Shown in pieces: positions 43,853 to 53,351 of a stretch of 64,000 bases of DNA. Source of the stretch: an uncultured Chloroflexia bacterium (GTDB taxonomy: Bacteria > Chloroflexota > Limnocylindria > Limnocylindrales > CSP1-4); assembly GCA_963704935.1 (NCBI GenBank), contig CAVPIF010000003.1, positions 1,279,652 to 1,343,651 on the forward strand, read 5' to 3'. Position 1 is the stretch's first letter. Every line of letters begins with the position of its first letter. The notes below the pieces were generated by a model that worked only from the letters and a program-made list of their open reading frames with translations, was not told the DNA's origin and did no database searches. The translations under genes were made by a program, and so were the position numbers.

Positions 43853-43913
43853 GATCGGAGAGTCTACCGTCCGGCTGCCGCCCGTGCCACGCCCCGGGCG
43901 CTAGGATGGCCCG

Positions 43914-44393
43914 GTGAGCGACCTCCCGCGTCCCCCGGAGCCCGGCGAACGTCGGCTGGACCGTCCGCCGTCCGACCGATTCCGCGATCCCCGGCCCGAC
44001 CTCGAGCCCGTCCCCGGTCCGACCGGCTCGGCGGCCCGGGCGGTCGGCGCGGGTGTCCTGGCCGGCATCGCCGGAGCCATCGCGACGGTCGTCCTGGGCG
44101 GCGTCATCGGGCTGTCGGCGGGGCTGCTCGTGGTGGCCGCCGCCACCGGCTGGGGGATCGGCACCGGGACCAGGATCGGAGCCCGGGAGGCGGCCGCCGG
44201 CCCATCGCGACACTGGCCGGCGGTCGCCATCGCCGCGGCGGCCGTGGTCGTCGGGCAGCTGGGCCTGTGGCTGTACGCGCGGTCCGAGGGTGGGGTGCTG
44301 CCGCTGCCCGACTATCTCGGGGCGACGTTCGGTGTCCTGGTCCCGGCCCAGGCCGCGATCGCACTGGGCGTGGCGTGGTGGACGGCCCGGTGA
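43914..44393 (+). CDS. Hypothetical membrane protein (~4 TM)
   Basis: Hydrophobic segments; TAGGAT -10 lies 6 nt before the GTG; stop overlaps the next start. Confidence 0.7.
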   Translation: MSDLPRPPEPGERRLDRPPSDRFRDPRPDLEPVPGPTGSAARAVGAGVLAGIAGAIATVVLGGVIGLSAGLLVVAAATGWGIGTGTRIGAREAAAGPSRHWPAVAIAAAAVVVGQLGLWLYARSEGGVLPLPDYLGATFGVLVPAQAAIALGVAWWTAR

Positions 44394-44905
44394 GGGGGCC
44401 GCCCCCTGGGGACGCGGCGGCGACCGTCGTCTTCCGTCGTCCGTCCGAGGCCGATCACCCGCGACTGGTCGAGGTCATGGATGAGTGGTGGGGCGGCCGA
44501 CGGATCCGGGCGCTGCTCCCACGCCTGTGGCTCGAGCATTTCGCCGGCACGTCGTGGATCGCCGAGGACGGAGATGGTCGGCTGCGTGGCTTCGTCGTCG
44601 CGTTCATCAGCCAGGACGACCCGGCGACGGGGTACGTCCACCTGATCGCCAGCGACCCGAACCGGCGGCGCGCCGGGATCGGCCGAGCGCTGTACGAGCG
44701 GGCCTTCACCGACCTCGCCGCCCATGGCGCCCGGCGCGTCACTGCGGTCACGTGGCCGGGAAACCGGACCTCCGTGGCCTTCCATCGGTCCATGGGCTTC
44801 CGCGTGGATGACGGACCCGGGACCCAGCCGATCTACGGGACGGCGGCCCACCCGGACCACGATGGGCCGGGCGAGGACCGCGTGGTCTTCAGCCTCGATC
44901 TGTGA
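44390..44905 (+). CDS. GNAT-family N-acetyltransferase
   Basis: EWWGGR, YVHLIASDPNRRRAGIGRALY, N..SVAFHRSMGF. Confidence 0.88.
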   Translation: MRGPPPGDAAATVVFRRPSEADHPRLVEVMDEWWGGRRIRALLPRLWLEHFAGTSWIAEDGDGRLRGFVVAFISQDDPATGYVHLIASDPNRRRAGIGRALYERAFTDLAAHGARRVTAVTWPGNRTSVAFHRSMGFRVDDGPGTQPIYGTAAHPDHDGPGEDRVVFSLDL

Positions 44906-46157
44906 CGGCCGTCTCGGCGAGGATCGTGGCCGGGGTCAGCTGCTCGTGCAGCGATCGGCCGAAACGTTCGGCCCGCTGGCCCGGTGCCACCGACGCGAGC
45001 CATCGCCCCAGGAGCGCCTCCCCCTCCGCGTAGACGAAGACGTATGTCCGCCACAGCGGGTGCTCGATGAAGTCGAGACGCTTCTCGGCGACGTCACGGG
45101 GGTGGCCACCGACCTCGCGAAGGTAGTCGACCACCTCGTCATGCGGACGCTCGTCGACGTGACGCAGGTAGGCGGCGTTGCCGCCGATGGCCCCCAATGC
45201 CTGCCGTGCCGGGGCGATCTCCACGGCCAGCTCGGCCGCGGCACGGGCGCGCGCAGGGTCGGACGCGACGGCGCAGCCGCCAAGCTCGATCACCTCCAGC
45301 AGCAGGTCCACGGCCGCATCCAGCGGCACCGCGAACCCGATGGCCAGCTCGGCCAGGCCCTCGCTGATCGGGCACTCCGGGGTATTGATGAGCAGCGCGG
45401 ACGCTTCCAGCCGAGCGAGCCGGTCGACCAGGTCGGCCTCCTTCCAGGCGTGTTCCAGGTGGTGCCCGGGATACGTCTCGTGGGCGACCGTCGAGATGAG
45501 GGTCGGTGCCCGGACCGGCAGGTCCGTATTGATGTCGACCCGCGATCGGCGGCCGCCGTCGAACCAGTTGTAGCCGGCCCATGGCTGGTCCCGGACCAGC
45601 GACACGCGCAGGTCCTCGCCGGCCGGCAGGCCGAACGCCGCCTCGGCGCGCGACCGGAACCGTGCGACGAGCAGGTCGATCACCGCCGGCAACCGATCCA
45701 GCCCGATCACGAGATCACCCTCCCACGCCTCCAGGCGCTCGTGGAGGGGCGCCGCACCGGGCAGCAGCGCATCGACGGACGCCCGCGCGGCCGTGAACTC
45801 CGCCTCATCGCGACGCAGCGGCACGAACCCCAGGCACCGGGCGACGTGGTCCATGTAGGGCAGCGGCTCACCGGCCAGCGAGCCGGCATGCGCCTCGAGG
45901 GCCACGAGCTGGGCGTCCAGCCACGCGCGACGGTCGGGATCGGCGACATCGCGGGCCACGCGTTCTCGCAGCGCGATCGCGTCGCCGCGCAGTCGCGACG
46001 GCGATCGGAGCTGCTCCATGTCCACCTCGGCCTTCAGCGCCGCGGGCCCGAAGTAGCCGTCGACGAGGCCGGGGAGGCGCTGGTCCAGCCGGAGCGCGAG
46101 ACGGAGGTAGTCCGCCGCGACCGGGTCTGGGGCGGGCACCTGTCGCGTGCCGCCCAT
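44889..46157 (-). CDS. DUF885-like putative zinc metallopeptidase
   Basis: VDGYFGP, HETYPGHH, ISEGLA, YVFVYAEG. Confidence 0.7.
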   Translation of the reverse strand: MGGTRQVPAPDPVAADYLRLALRLDQRLPGLVDGYFGPAALKAEVDMEQLRSPSRLRGDAIALRERVARDVADPDRRAWLDAQLVALEAHAGSLAGEPLPYMDHVARCLGFVPLRRDEAEFTAARASVDALLPGAAPLHERLEAWEGDLVIGLDRLPAVIDLLVARFRSRAEAAFGLPAGEDLRVSLVRDQPWAGYNWFDGGRRSRVDINTDLPVRAPTLISTVAHETYPGHHLEHAWKEADLVDRLARLEASALLINTPECPISEGLAELAIGFAVPLDAAVDLLLEVIELGGCAVASDPARARAAAELAVEIAPARQALGAIGGNAAYLRHVDERPHDEVVDYLREVGGHPRDVAEKRLDFIEHPLWRTYVFVYAEGEALLGRWLASVAPGQRAERFGRSLHEQLTPATILAETAVTDRG

Positions 46158-46213
46158 CGCCGGAACGTGGACGCGAGCGCGGTCCCTGGGAGCCCTGCCG
46201 TTCGGGTTCGAGC

Positions 46214-46741
46214 TCACCGCTGCATGCGGTCGGGTCGGGGCGCTCGTCGCTCCCCGTGGTCCCGATGGGCGTCGGCCTCCCGACGCGCCGCCTCGAGCCG
46301 ATCGGCCAGGGACGGGTCGGCCGGCAGGCCGCTCCGGTCGGGCGCCCGGTCGGGCGCTCGGTCGACGCCACGCGCCCTGCGGCGCTCGGTCTCCGGGCTG
46401 GCACCGACACCCATGCCGCCGGTCTCGCCGACGAACGGCATCGACTGGCGCTCCACCGCGTCCAGGCTCATCCGGAGCGCGGCCGTCTTCTGGGCGGCGA
46501 CCTCGCGGACATAGGTGGCCGCCTCGTCCGGGGTCATCGGCCGGCCGCGGACGATCCCCTTGGGCTTGCCGACCATGAGCCAGGCCAGGTGGTACCGATC
46601 CATGCTGCCCCACGCCGTCGACAGCAGATCGTCGGACAGCTGGAGCCAGATCTGCAGCGCCCCGAGCGACGGATCCGCGCCGAGCCGCTCGCCCTCGTCG
46701 ATGAGCTGGCGGGTGCGACTGATCAGCTCGTCTCGGGTCAT
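46214..46741 (-). CDS. Hypothetical protein
   Basis: ATGA overlap with the pabC-like stop; protein-like N-terminal ~110 aa (WLQLSDDLLSTAWGSMDRYHLAWL). Confidence 0.65.
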   Translation of the reverse strand: MTRDELISRTRQLIDEGERLGADPSLGALQIWLQLSDDLLSTAWGSMDRYHLAWLMVGKPKGIVRGRPMTPDEAATYVREVAAQKTAALRMSLDAVERQSMPFVGETGGMGVGASPETERRRARGVDRAPDRAPDRSGLPADPSLADRLEAARREADAHRDHGERRAPRPDRMQR

Positions 46742-47661
46742 CCCTCGATCCCGTCCCCGGCGAGACCCTGGATCATCGCCTCGCGGTCCGCCCGGGCGCG
46801 CAGCGTCCAGGCGCCGGGCAGGCCATCGCCGATCGAAGCACCGTCGAGGGCCGTCACCGGCAGGATCCCGGCCACGCTGGAGCACAGGAACGCCTCGTCG
46901 GCCGTCGCCAGGTCCGCCACGGTCAGGAAGGCCTCCAGCGGCCGGAGGCCGACCCGGGTCCCCCAGGCCAGCAGCCACGAACGGGTCGTGCCGGGCAGGA
47001 TCGCGCAGTCGAGCGACGGCGTGGCGAGCTCCATGACCTCGCCGCCCGCCCTCCTCACCAGGAAGATGTTGGCGCTGGTCGATTCGGACAGGTGGTCGTC
47101 GATGGTCAGGAACAGCGCGTCATCGGCGCCGGACCGCCGGGCCTCGAGTCGGGCGAACACGTACTCGGCGCGGGACGTCGTCTTGAGCGCCGCGAGCGGG
47201 TTGCGCGGATCGCGGCGGACGCGACTCGACGCGAGGTGGAGGCCACGTTCCAGGTGGCTCGCGGGGGCCGGGACCACCGGCCAGGCCTGGATCACCAGGG
47301 TCGCCGTCGCGCCCTCGTCCGGCGGCAGCACGCCCCGGGCGCGGAAGACACCACGCGAGGCCGTGATCCGGATCGAAGCGTCGCCGTCGGGGCCACCCAG
47401 GCCCTCTGCGTCGAGCAGGCTGGCGATCCCGGTCGCCAGCCTTTCGTCCACGTCGACCGGGAGCGGCAGCTCCAGTCCGTCGGCCGAGCGGTGCAGCCGG
47501 GCCAGGTGCTGCGCGAGTTCCGCGACTTCGCCGCCGCGGGCCCGGAGCGTCTCGAATACGCCGTCGCCGAGCTGGAATCCGCGATCGAACGCGGACAGAT
47601 GCGGGATGTCGGCGGCCACGATCTCACCGTTCAGCCAGACGTGGCCGGGTGCGTCGGCCAT
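46738..47661 (-). CDS. pabC: Class IV aminotransferase (4-amino-4-deoxychorismate lyase / IlvE-like)
   Basis: DRGFQLGDGVFETLR, LKTTSR, ESTSANIF, LPGTTR, DEAFLCSS; directly downstream of pabB. Confidence 0.75.
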   Translation of the reverse strand: MADAPGHVWLNGEIVAADIPHLSAFDRGFQLGDGVFETLRARGGEVAELAQHLARLHRSADGLELPLPVDVDERLATGIASLLDAEGLGGPDGDASIRITASRGVFRARGVLPPDEGATATLVIQAWPVVPAPASHLERGLHLASSRVRRDPRNPLAALKTTSRAEYVFARLEARRSGADDALFLTIDDHLSESTSANIFLVRRAGGEVMELATPSLDCAILPGTTRSWLLAWGTRVGLRPLEAFLTVADLATADEAFLCSSVAGILPVTALDGASIGDGLPGAWTLRARADREAMIQGLAGDGIEG

Positions 47662-49119
47662 TCAGGCCTCCCGGCCGCCGATGGCGTCGAGCGGGCCACG
47701 GGCCTTGACGACCGTCTCGTCCCATTCGGCGGAGGGATCGCTGCGCCAGGTGATGCCGCCCCCGACGTGCATGGTCAGCCGGCGGCCGTCGGCGACGAGG
47801 GTCCGGATCAGGATGCTGGTCTGCATCGCGCCGTCCGGACCGATCCAGCCGAGCGCCCCGGTGTACGGGCCCCGGCGGACCGTTTCGAGCTCCTCGAGGA
47901 TCTGCATCGCCCGGATCTTGGGCGCGCCAGTGATGGAGCCGCCGGGGAAGGAGGCGGCGAGCAGGTCGAACGCGTCGCGGCCACCGGCCAGGCGACCGGT
48001 CACCGTCGAAACGAGGTGCTGCACCGCCGCCGTCCGTTCCAGACGGCACAGGCGCGGGACGCGCACCGTCCCGGGCTCGCAGACCCGCCCCAGGTCGTTG
48101 CGCAGGACGTCGACGATCATCACGTTCTCCGCGCGGTCCTTGGCGCTTGCGAGCAGCTCGCGGGCGAGGGCGCGGTCCTCTGCCCGGTCGCGCCCGCGCG
48201 GCCGCGTCCCCTTGATCGGGTCGCTCGCGACCGCCCCGTCGGCGGTCACGGACAGGAACGGCTCCGGCGAGGCGGACAGGAGCGCGCGCGGACGACCGGT
48301 CTCCGGCGACGCCCCGAGGTCGAGATACGCCGAGAAGAGGGACGGATCGCCGGTGCGCAGGCGCCGATAGCGCGACCAGGGATCGGCGTCGAACGGCGAC
48401 TCCAGCCGCCGAGTCAGGTTGGCCTGGTAGATGTCGCCACGGGCGATGTGGTCGCGGACCGCCTCGACGCCCGCCTGGTACGCCGAACGCGACAGCGACG
48501 AGGTGAACGTGAGCGGCAGATCGACGTCGGTCATGGTGACGCCCGCGTCGGATGGGGCAGTGAGCACGGCCCGCTGGACCCGTGTCGTCGAGAGCCGGGC
48601 ATGGACGTCGTCGAGCCGGCGCGCGAGGCGTCGGCCATCGCCGTCCAGCGCCCGACCGCCCAGCCACGCATGCCCGGTCCGCCGATCCCAGGCGACGACC
48701 CAGTCGTGCAGCGCGAGGCGCATCGGCGGCAGTCCCTGGTCGTCGGCCGCGACCGACGGCAGGCGCTCCAGGACGTGGGCGAGGTCGTACCCGAGGAACC
48801 CGACGAGTCCCCCGAGGAAGGGCGGAGCGTCGGCCGGCACGAGCGGCGCCCGGTCCAGCCGCGAGACCAGCCGCCGGGCGACGGCGAAGGGATCCGGGCC
48901 GGCCGCCGGTGCTTCCAGGACGGCGACCGGATCCGCCGCGAGGTACGTCCAGCGGGCGTTGCGGCCGGGCCGCGCGCTCTCCAGCAGAGCGAGGCCGGGC
49001 AGGTCGCGGAAGGCCTCGGCGACGTCGATCGCGCGCTGGCTCGCGACGCGTTCCGACAGCCGACGCAAGCGCAGGCTGGCGGCCGGGGTTCCGGGCGGGG
49101 TGGGACCGACGGGGATCAC
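47662..49119 (-). CDS. pabB: Aminodeoxychorismate synthase component I (chorismate-binding)
   Basis: LLESA, GDIYQANL, SPEPFL, PIKGTRPR, KDRAENVMIVDVLRNDLGRV, FPGGSITGAPK. Confidence 0.85.
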   Translation of the reverse strand: MIPVGPTPPGTPAASLRLRRLSERVASQRAIDVAEAFRDLPGLALLESARPGRNARWTYLAADPVAVLEAPAAGPDPFAVARRLVSRLDRAPLVPADAPPFLGGLVGFLGYDLAHVLERLPSVAADDQGLPPMRLALHDWVVAWDRRTGHAWLGGRALDGDGRRLARRLDDVHARLSTTRVQRAVLTAPSDAGVTMTDVDLPLTFTSSLSRSAYQAGVEAVRDHIARGDIYQANLTRRLESPFDADPWSRYRRLRTGDPSLFSAYLDLGASPETGRPRALLSASPEPFLSVTADGAVASDPIKGTRPRGRDRAEDRALARELLASAKDRAENVMIVDVLRNDLGRVCEPGTVRVPRLCRLERTAAVQHLVSTVTGRLAGGRDAFDLLAASFPGGSITGAPKIRAMQILEELETVRRGPYTGALGWIGPDGAMQTSILIRTLVADGRRLTMHVGGGITWRSDPSAEWDETVVKARGPLDAIGGREA

Positions 49120-49259
49120 GCCCGAGATGATACGGCCGGTCGACGGCGCGGGCGGCCGCGCGGGCGGCCGCCGACCTTCCTTGCGCGTCGGTTGGTCGCG
49201 GGAGCCGATGTCGGCCTGCCGACGGCACGTGAGCGCGGCGGGGCCGCTAGATTGTGCAG

Positions 49260-50387
49260 ATGCGCGCACGAGACCTCGGGATCACCATCGGACGCGGGAC
49301 GCCCGGACCGCGCAACGCCATCACCGACGTCCGCGGCGTGACGGTCGGCCACACGACGCTGGTCCGTGGGGACGGGCCACTGGTCCGCGGCCAGGGACCG
49401 GTCCGGACCGGCGTGACGGTCATCTGCCCGCGCGGGGCGGACGGCTGGAGGGAGCCGGTCTTCGCGGGCTGCCACCGGCTGAACGGCAACGGGGAGTTGA
49501 CCGGCCTGGAGTGGGTCCGCGAATCGGGCTTCCTCACGACCCCCGTGGCGATCACCAACACGCACAGCGTCGGCGTGGTGCGCGACGCGCTGGTGGCCGC
49601 CTCCCTGGAGCGCGACTCGCTCGAGGCGAGCTGGTCGCTGCCGGTGGTCGGGGAGACCTACGACGGCGTCCTCAACGACATCAACGGGTTCCACGTCGAG
49701 ACGACCCACCTCCACGAGGCCCTCGCGGCAGCGTCCGATGGCCCGGTGGCGGAGGGTGCCGTCGGTGGCGGCACGGGGATGATCTGCCACGAGTTCAAGG
49801 GTGGGATCGGCACCGCATCGCGAGTCCTCGACGCCGATGTCGGCGGATTCACGGTCGGGGTCCTGGTCCAGGCGAACCACGGTCGTCGCGAATGGCTGCG
49901 GGTCGATGGCGTGCGCGTGGGCGAGGCGATCGGGACGGCCGAGGTCCCCAGTCCGTGGGACCATCCGGCGGCGCGCCCCGGTCCGGTTCCGGGGTCGGGC
50001 TCCATCATCGTGGTCGTCGCCACGGACGCCCCGTTGCTCCCCCATCAGTGCGAACGGCTCGCCCAGCGGGCCGGACTGGGGATCGCGCGCGTCGGCGGGA
50101 CCGGCGGCCACACCAGCGGGGACCTGTTCATCGCCTTCGCGACGGGGAATCGGCTGCCGATCGGGACCGGGGTCGACGACGATCCGTCGGGTCACGGCAC
50201 GTACGGGGTCCGGGCGGTCGGCGACATCGTCATCGACCGGCTGTTCGACGCCGTCATCGAGTCGACCGAAGAGGCGATCGTCAACGCGCTCGTAGCCGCC
50301 GAGACGACCGTCGGCCGCGACGGGATCACCGCATTCGCGCTGCCGCATGACCGGCTCCGGGAGGTCCTGGCGGCGCACGGGCGATGA
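49260..50387 (+). CDS. DmpA-family (P1/S58) aminopeptidase
   Basis: RARDLG, NAITDV, TGVT, LNGNGELTG, PVVGETYDG.LND, GSIIVVVATDAPL, SGD. Confidence 0.92.
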   Translation: MRARDLGITIGRGTPGPRNAITDVRGVTVGHTTLVRGDGPLVRGQGPVRTGVTVICPRGADGWREPVFAGCHRLNGNGELTGLEWVRESGFLTTPVAITNTHSVGVVRDALVAASLERDSLEASWSLPVVGETYDGVLNDINGFHVETTHLHEALAAASDGPVAEGAVGGGTGMICHEFKGGIGTASRVLDADVGGFTVGVLVQANHGRREWLRVDGVRVGEAIGTAEVPSPWDHPAARPGPVPGSGSIIVVVATDAPLLPHQCERLAQRAGLGIARVGGTGGHTSGDLFIAFATGNRLPIGTGVDDDPSGHGTYGVRAVGDIVIDRLFDAVIESTEEAIVNALVAAETTVGRDGITAFALPHDRLREVLAAHGR

Positions 50388-51229
50388 TCGTCCGCCTGGC
50401 GACGAGCGGCGACGTCCCGGCGGTGGCGGACGTGTTCGAAGCGTCCGGAGAGTCCCTGACCTGGCCCGGCCTGCCCGGTTGGCCGTACGTCGAGCACCTC
50501 GTGGCTCGGGCGCGGGTCCCGATCGCGATCGTGGACGGCGTCGTCGTCGGGATGGCGGGCTCGCTGGAGGTCGGCCGGACGGATGTGCGCTTCCTGTCCG
50601 ACCTGTTCGTGCGTCCGGATCGGCAGGACGGTGGCGTCGGGCGGGCGCTCCTGGCCGCCGCGTTCGCGGGGGCGTCGCAGCGGTTCACCTTCTCGTCCGC
50701 CGATCCGCGGGCCCTGGGCCTGTACATCAGGACCGGGCTGCGGCCCTGGTGGCCGGTGCTCTACCTCGAGGCGTCGCCGAGCAGCCTGGGCGAGCCGGAC
50801 CGCGCGTTCCAGGTCGAGCCGGCGGAGGTGGCGACCACGGCCGGCTGGTCCCGCGCGTGGACCGGCATGGACCGGACCGTCGACTTCCGCCATTACGCGT
50901 CGCTCCCGGACGGGACCGGATGGCTGGCCCGGGAGGCCGGCCAGGTCGCGGCGGTGGCCTGGTCCAACCGCGGTCGGACGCGCCCGGTCCAGGTCCTCGA
51001 TCACGTCTCCGTCGCGCCGGGGGCGGATCCCGTCCGGGTCGTGCTCGCCCTCATGCGCGCCGCCGTCGCCACCTCGGAGGCGCTGATCCTGACGATCCCG
51101 GGCCCGCACCCCGCCGTCGCCGGCCTACTGGAGCGAGGCGCCCGGATCGTGGACCGCGACGAGTTCTGCGCGACGGATCCGTCGCTCCTGGACCCTGCCC
51201 GGATCCTCCCGAACCCGGGCTTCCTCTGA
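50384..51229 (+). CDS. GNAT-family N-acetyltransferase (two-domain)
   Basis: LSDLFVRPDRQDGGVGRALL, ALGLYIRTG. Confidence 0.82.
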   Translation: MIVRLATSGDVPAVADVFEASGESLTWPGLPGWPYVEHLVARARVPIAIVDGVVVGMAGSLEVGRTDVRFLSDLFVRPDRQDGGVGRALLAAAFAGASQRFTFSSADPRALGLYIRTGLRPWWPVLYLEASPSSLGEPDRAFQVEPAEVATTAGWSRAWTGMDRTVDFRHYASLPDGTGWLAREAGQVAAVAWSNRGRTRPVQVLDHVSVAPGADPVRVVLALMRAAVATSEALILTIPGPHPAVAGLLERGARIVDRDEFCATDPSLLDPARILPNPGFL

Positions 51230-51245
51230 CCGACCGGCCCGCGGG

Positions 51246-52112
51246 CTAGTCGATGACCACCGGCGCGGGCTTCTCGATCGGCACCCCGATCAGGCTGCCG
51301 TACTCGGTCCAGGAACCGTCGTAGTTGCGAACGCGCTCGTACCCCAGCAGCTCGTGGAGCACGAACCAGCTGTGGCTGGAGCGCTCCCCGATGCGGCAGT
51401 AGGCGATGACGTCCTTGTCCGGCGTGATGCCCTTGGCCGCATACAGCGCGGCCAGTTCCTCCGCGGGCTTGAAGCGACCGTCCTCGCGGACGGCCTGGGC
51501 CCACGGGATGGACGCCGCGCCGGGGATGTGCCCGGCCCGCTGGGCCGTCTCGCTCATGCCTGGGGGCGCGATGATCTCGCCGTTGTACTCGGCCGGCGAG
51601 CGGACATCGACGAGCGCCAGTCCCGGGTCGCCGAGGCGGGGGAGGATGTCGTCGCGGAAGGCCCGCAGCGCGAAGTCGGCTTCCGGCAGCCGGTAGTCCG
51701 TCTCCTGGTACGTCGGGACATCGATCGTCACGGGCAGGCCGTGATCCAGCCAGAACTTGCGACCGCCGTCCAGGATGCGGACGTCGACGTGCCCGTAGAG
51801 CTTGAGCTGCCAGTAGGCCCAGGCGGCGAACCAGTTGTTGTTGTCGCCGTACAGGACGATGGTCGTGTCCGCGCCGATCCCGGATGTCCGGAGCAGGCTG
51901 GTGAAGTCGTCTCGCGACGCGATGTCGCGACGGACGCCGTCAGACAACTGGCTGGTCCAGTCCCAGGCGACGGCACCCGGGAGGTGGCTCTGCTCGTAGG
52001 CCGTCGTATCGACGTCGACCTCGACGAAGCGGACGCCGGGGTCCTCGATGTGGGCTTGGGCCCAGGCGGCGTCGACGAGGGCGGAGTCGGTGGCGTATCC
52101 GTGGTGGCTCAT
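51246..52112 (-). CDS. Thiosulfate sulfurtransferase (tandem rhodanese, CysA/SseA-like)
   Basis: VEVDVD, HLPGA, YGDNNNWFAAW, GHIPGA, YCRIGERS, YDGSWTEY. Confidence 0.95.
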   Translation of the reverse strand: MSHHGYATDSALVDAAWAQAHIEDPGVRFVEVDVDTTAYEQSHLPGAVAWDWTSQLSDGVRRDIASRDDFTSLLRTSGIGADTTIVLYGDNNNWFAAWAYWQLKLYGHVDVRILDGGRKFWLDHGLPVTIDVPTYQETDYRLPEADFALRAFRDDILPRLGDPGLALVDVRSPAEYNGEIIAPPGMSETAQRAGHIPGAASIPWAQAVREDGRFKPAEELAALYAAKGITPDKDVIAYCRIGERSSHSWFVLHELLGYERVRNYDGSWTEYGSLIGVPIEKPAPVVID

Positions 52113-52164
52113 GCGGTGGTTCCTCGCGTGCGTGTGGTGGTGCGGATCGGGGATCCGGTCGTCG

Positions 52165-52283
52165 GTCGGGGGTCGGCCCGGCCCGGGTCGGGTGTCGGCC
52201 CGGGTGTCGGCCCGGCTCGGGTGTCGGCCCGGCGCGGGTGTCGGTCGGGGGTCTGCCCGCCCGGCTCGGGTGTCGGCCCGGCT
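52165..52283. repeat. G-rich degenerate short repeats (GGGTGTCGGCCCGG, about 5 copies)
   Basis: Copies near 52190, 52202, 52219, 52236 and 52268. Confidence 0.7.
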
Positions 52284-52324
52284 CCAGCCGGATGACGAGG
52301 ATGGGGGCGGCTGCTCCGAGTCCC

Positions 52325-52807
52325 TCAGCCGCCGGCAGGTCGGTCGCGGCGACTGAACTCGGCGAGCCGCTCCGTACACTCGGCGGCTGCCCGCTGCGCC
52401 TGCCGAACGATCCACGGATCGACCCGCGACGACGCCTCGATGGTCAGCGTGGGGCCGGACGGACCGTCCGCCACGACGATCCCGGCGCTGTTGCGGTAGT
52501 CGGCCATCCAGTTCGCCTGGAGCTGCAGCGCGACGTCGGCGATGACGGGGACCGGGAACAGCCAGTCCAGGTACGTCGCGTCGAGGCGGCCGGCGAGGTC
52601 CTCGAGGCGGACCGGACGACCTCGCTCGATCCGCGCGACGAGGTCGATCACCCGGCCGGTGGTGAATGGGTCGCCCGCCTCCGCGACGGTCGGCGGGGTG
52701 ATGCGCGGATCCGGCATCCCGGCCGGGGCCGGACGGAGCGGCCCGAGACCCACGGACACGGACCGGCCCGCTGTCGAGGGCGGTGTGGCGGTCGTCGCGT
52801 CGCTCAC
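52325..52807 (-). CDS. Hypothetical protein, co-oriented upstream of the sulfurtransferase
   Basis: 160-aa ORF with GGAG RBS, promoter and operator upstream; no recognisable motif. Confidence 0.7.
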   Translation of the reverse strand: MSDATTATPPSTAGRSVSVGLGPLRPAPAGMPDPRITPPTVAEAGDPFTTGRVIDLVARIERGRPVRLEDLAGRLDATYLDWLFPVPVIADVALQLQANWMADYRNSAGIVVADGPSGPTLTIEASSRVDPWIVRQAQRAAAECTERLAEFSRRDRPAGG

Positions 52808-52818
52808 TGGTCGGGTGA

Positions 52819-52875
52819 ATCTCCGAGTGGATCAGTCGGGAGCGGCAGTCTAGCGCAGGGACATGAGGGGGTCTA
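52819..52875 (-). promoter_or_regulatory. Promoter with putative Rrf2 operator
   Basis: TAGACC-N17-TAGACT on the minus strand; operator ATCTCCGAGTGGATCAGTCGGGAGC (52819-52843) lies 3 nt downstream of the -10. Confidence 0.7.
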
Positions 52876-52940
52876 CCAGGGGTCAGGACGCGGCGAGCGC
52901 TCCGGCGACGCGGCGGGCGTCCCTGCCCCGGACACGCCGG

Positions 52941-53220
52941 GCGTTCGCTGCGCGTTCGCTGCGCGCGAACGATTCCGCGGTCGAACTGGTCGAACAGGCG
53001 CCTCCCAGCGTCACGCGCGCGGCGCGGGGCCCGCGTGTTCGCTCACAGCGATCGGCGATGCCCGGTGACGGGGCCAAGGATGCCCGGCAAGACCTTCGGC
53101 GCCGAATTGATCGCTCGCGGCGAACGCCGGGTTCGCGCCAGGTTGGCGCCGGGTTCGCGCCAGGTTGGCGCCGGGTTCGCGGCTCGCGGCGAACGCCGGG
53201 TTCGCGTCGCGGCTCGCGAT
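52941..53220. repeat. REP-like spaced palindrome array A plus 22-bp tandem repeat
   Basis: CGTTCGC-N5-GCGAACG-like units at 52953, 53036 and 53108; CGCCGGGTTCGCGCCAGGTTGG in about 2.6 copies from 53125. Confidence 0.7.
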
Positions 53221-53351
53221 CATCGCCGAACCTTTACCAGGCTCGTAGCGCGGCCTGAACCCGACTCGGGCATCCTTGGCAGTGCCGGACGATCGTCCGG
53301 CGTCGACCGCACGGCTTCCGTGCGGCCGTTCGTCGCCACCACACGAGCGCG

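Noticed and set aside
52165-52283. Additional Rrf2 operators in the GTCGG-rich repeats before the sulfurtransferase
   Set aside because: The half-sites are direct repeats and lack a correctly spaced (N7) CCGAS partner
53121-53135. LexA/SOS box (CGAAC-N-GTTCG)
   Set aside because: The spacer is 5 nt instead of 4, and the match arises within a tandem repeat
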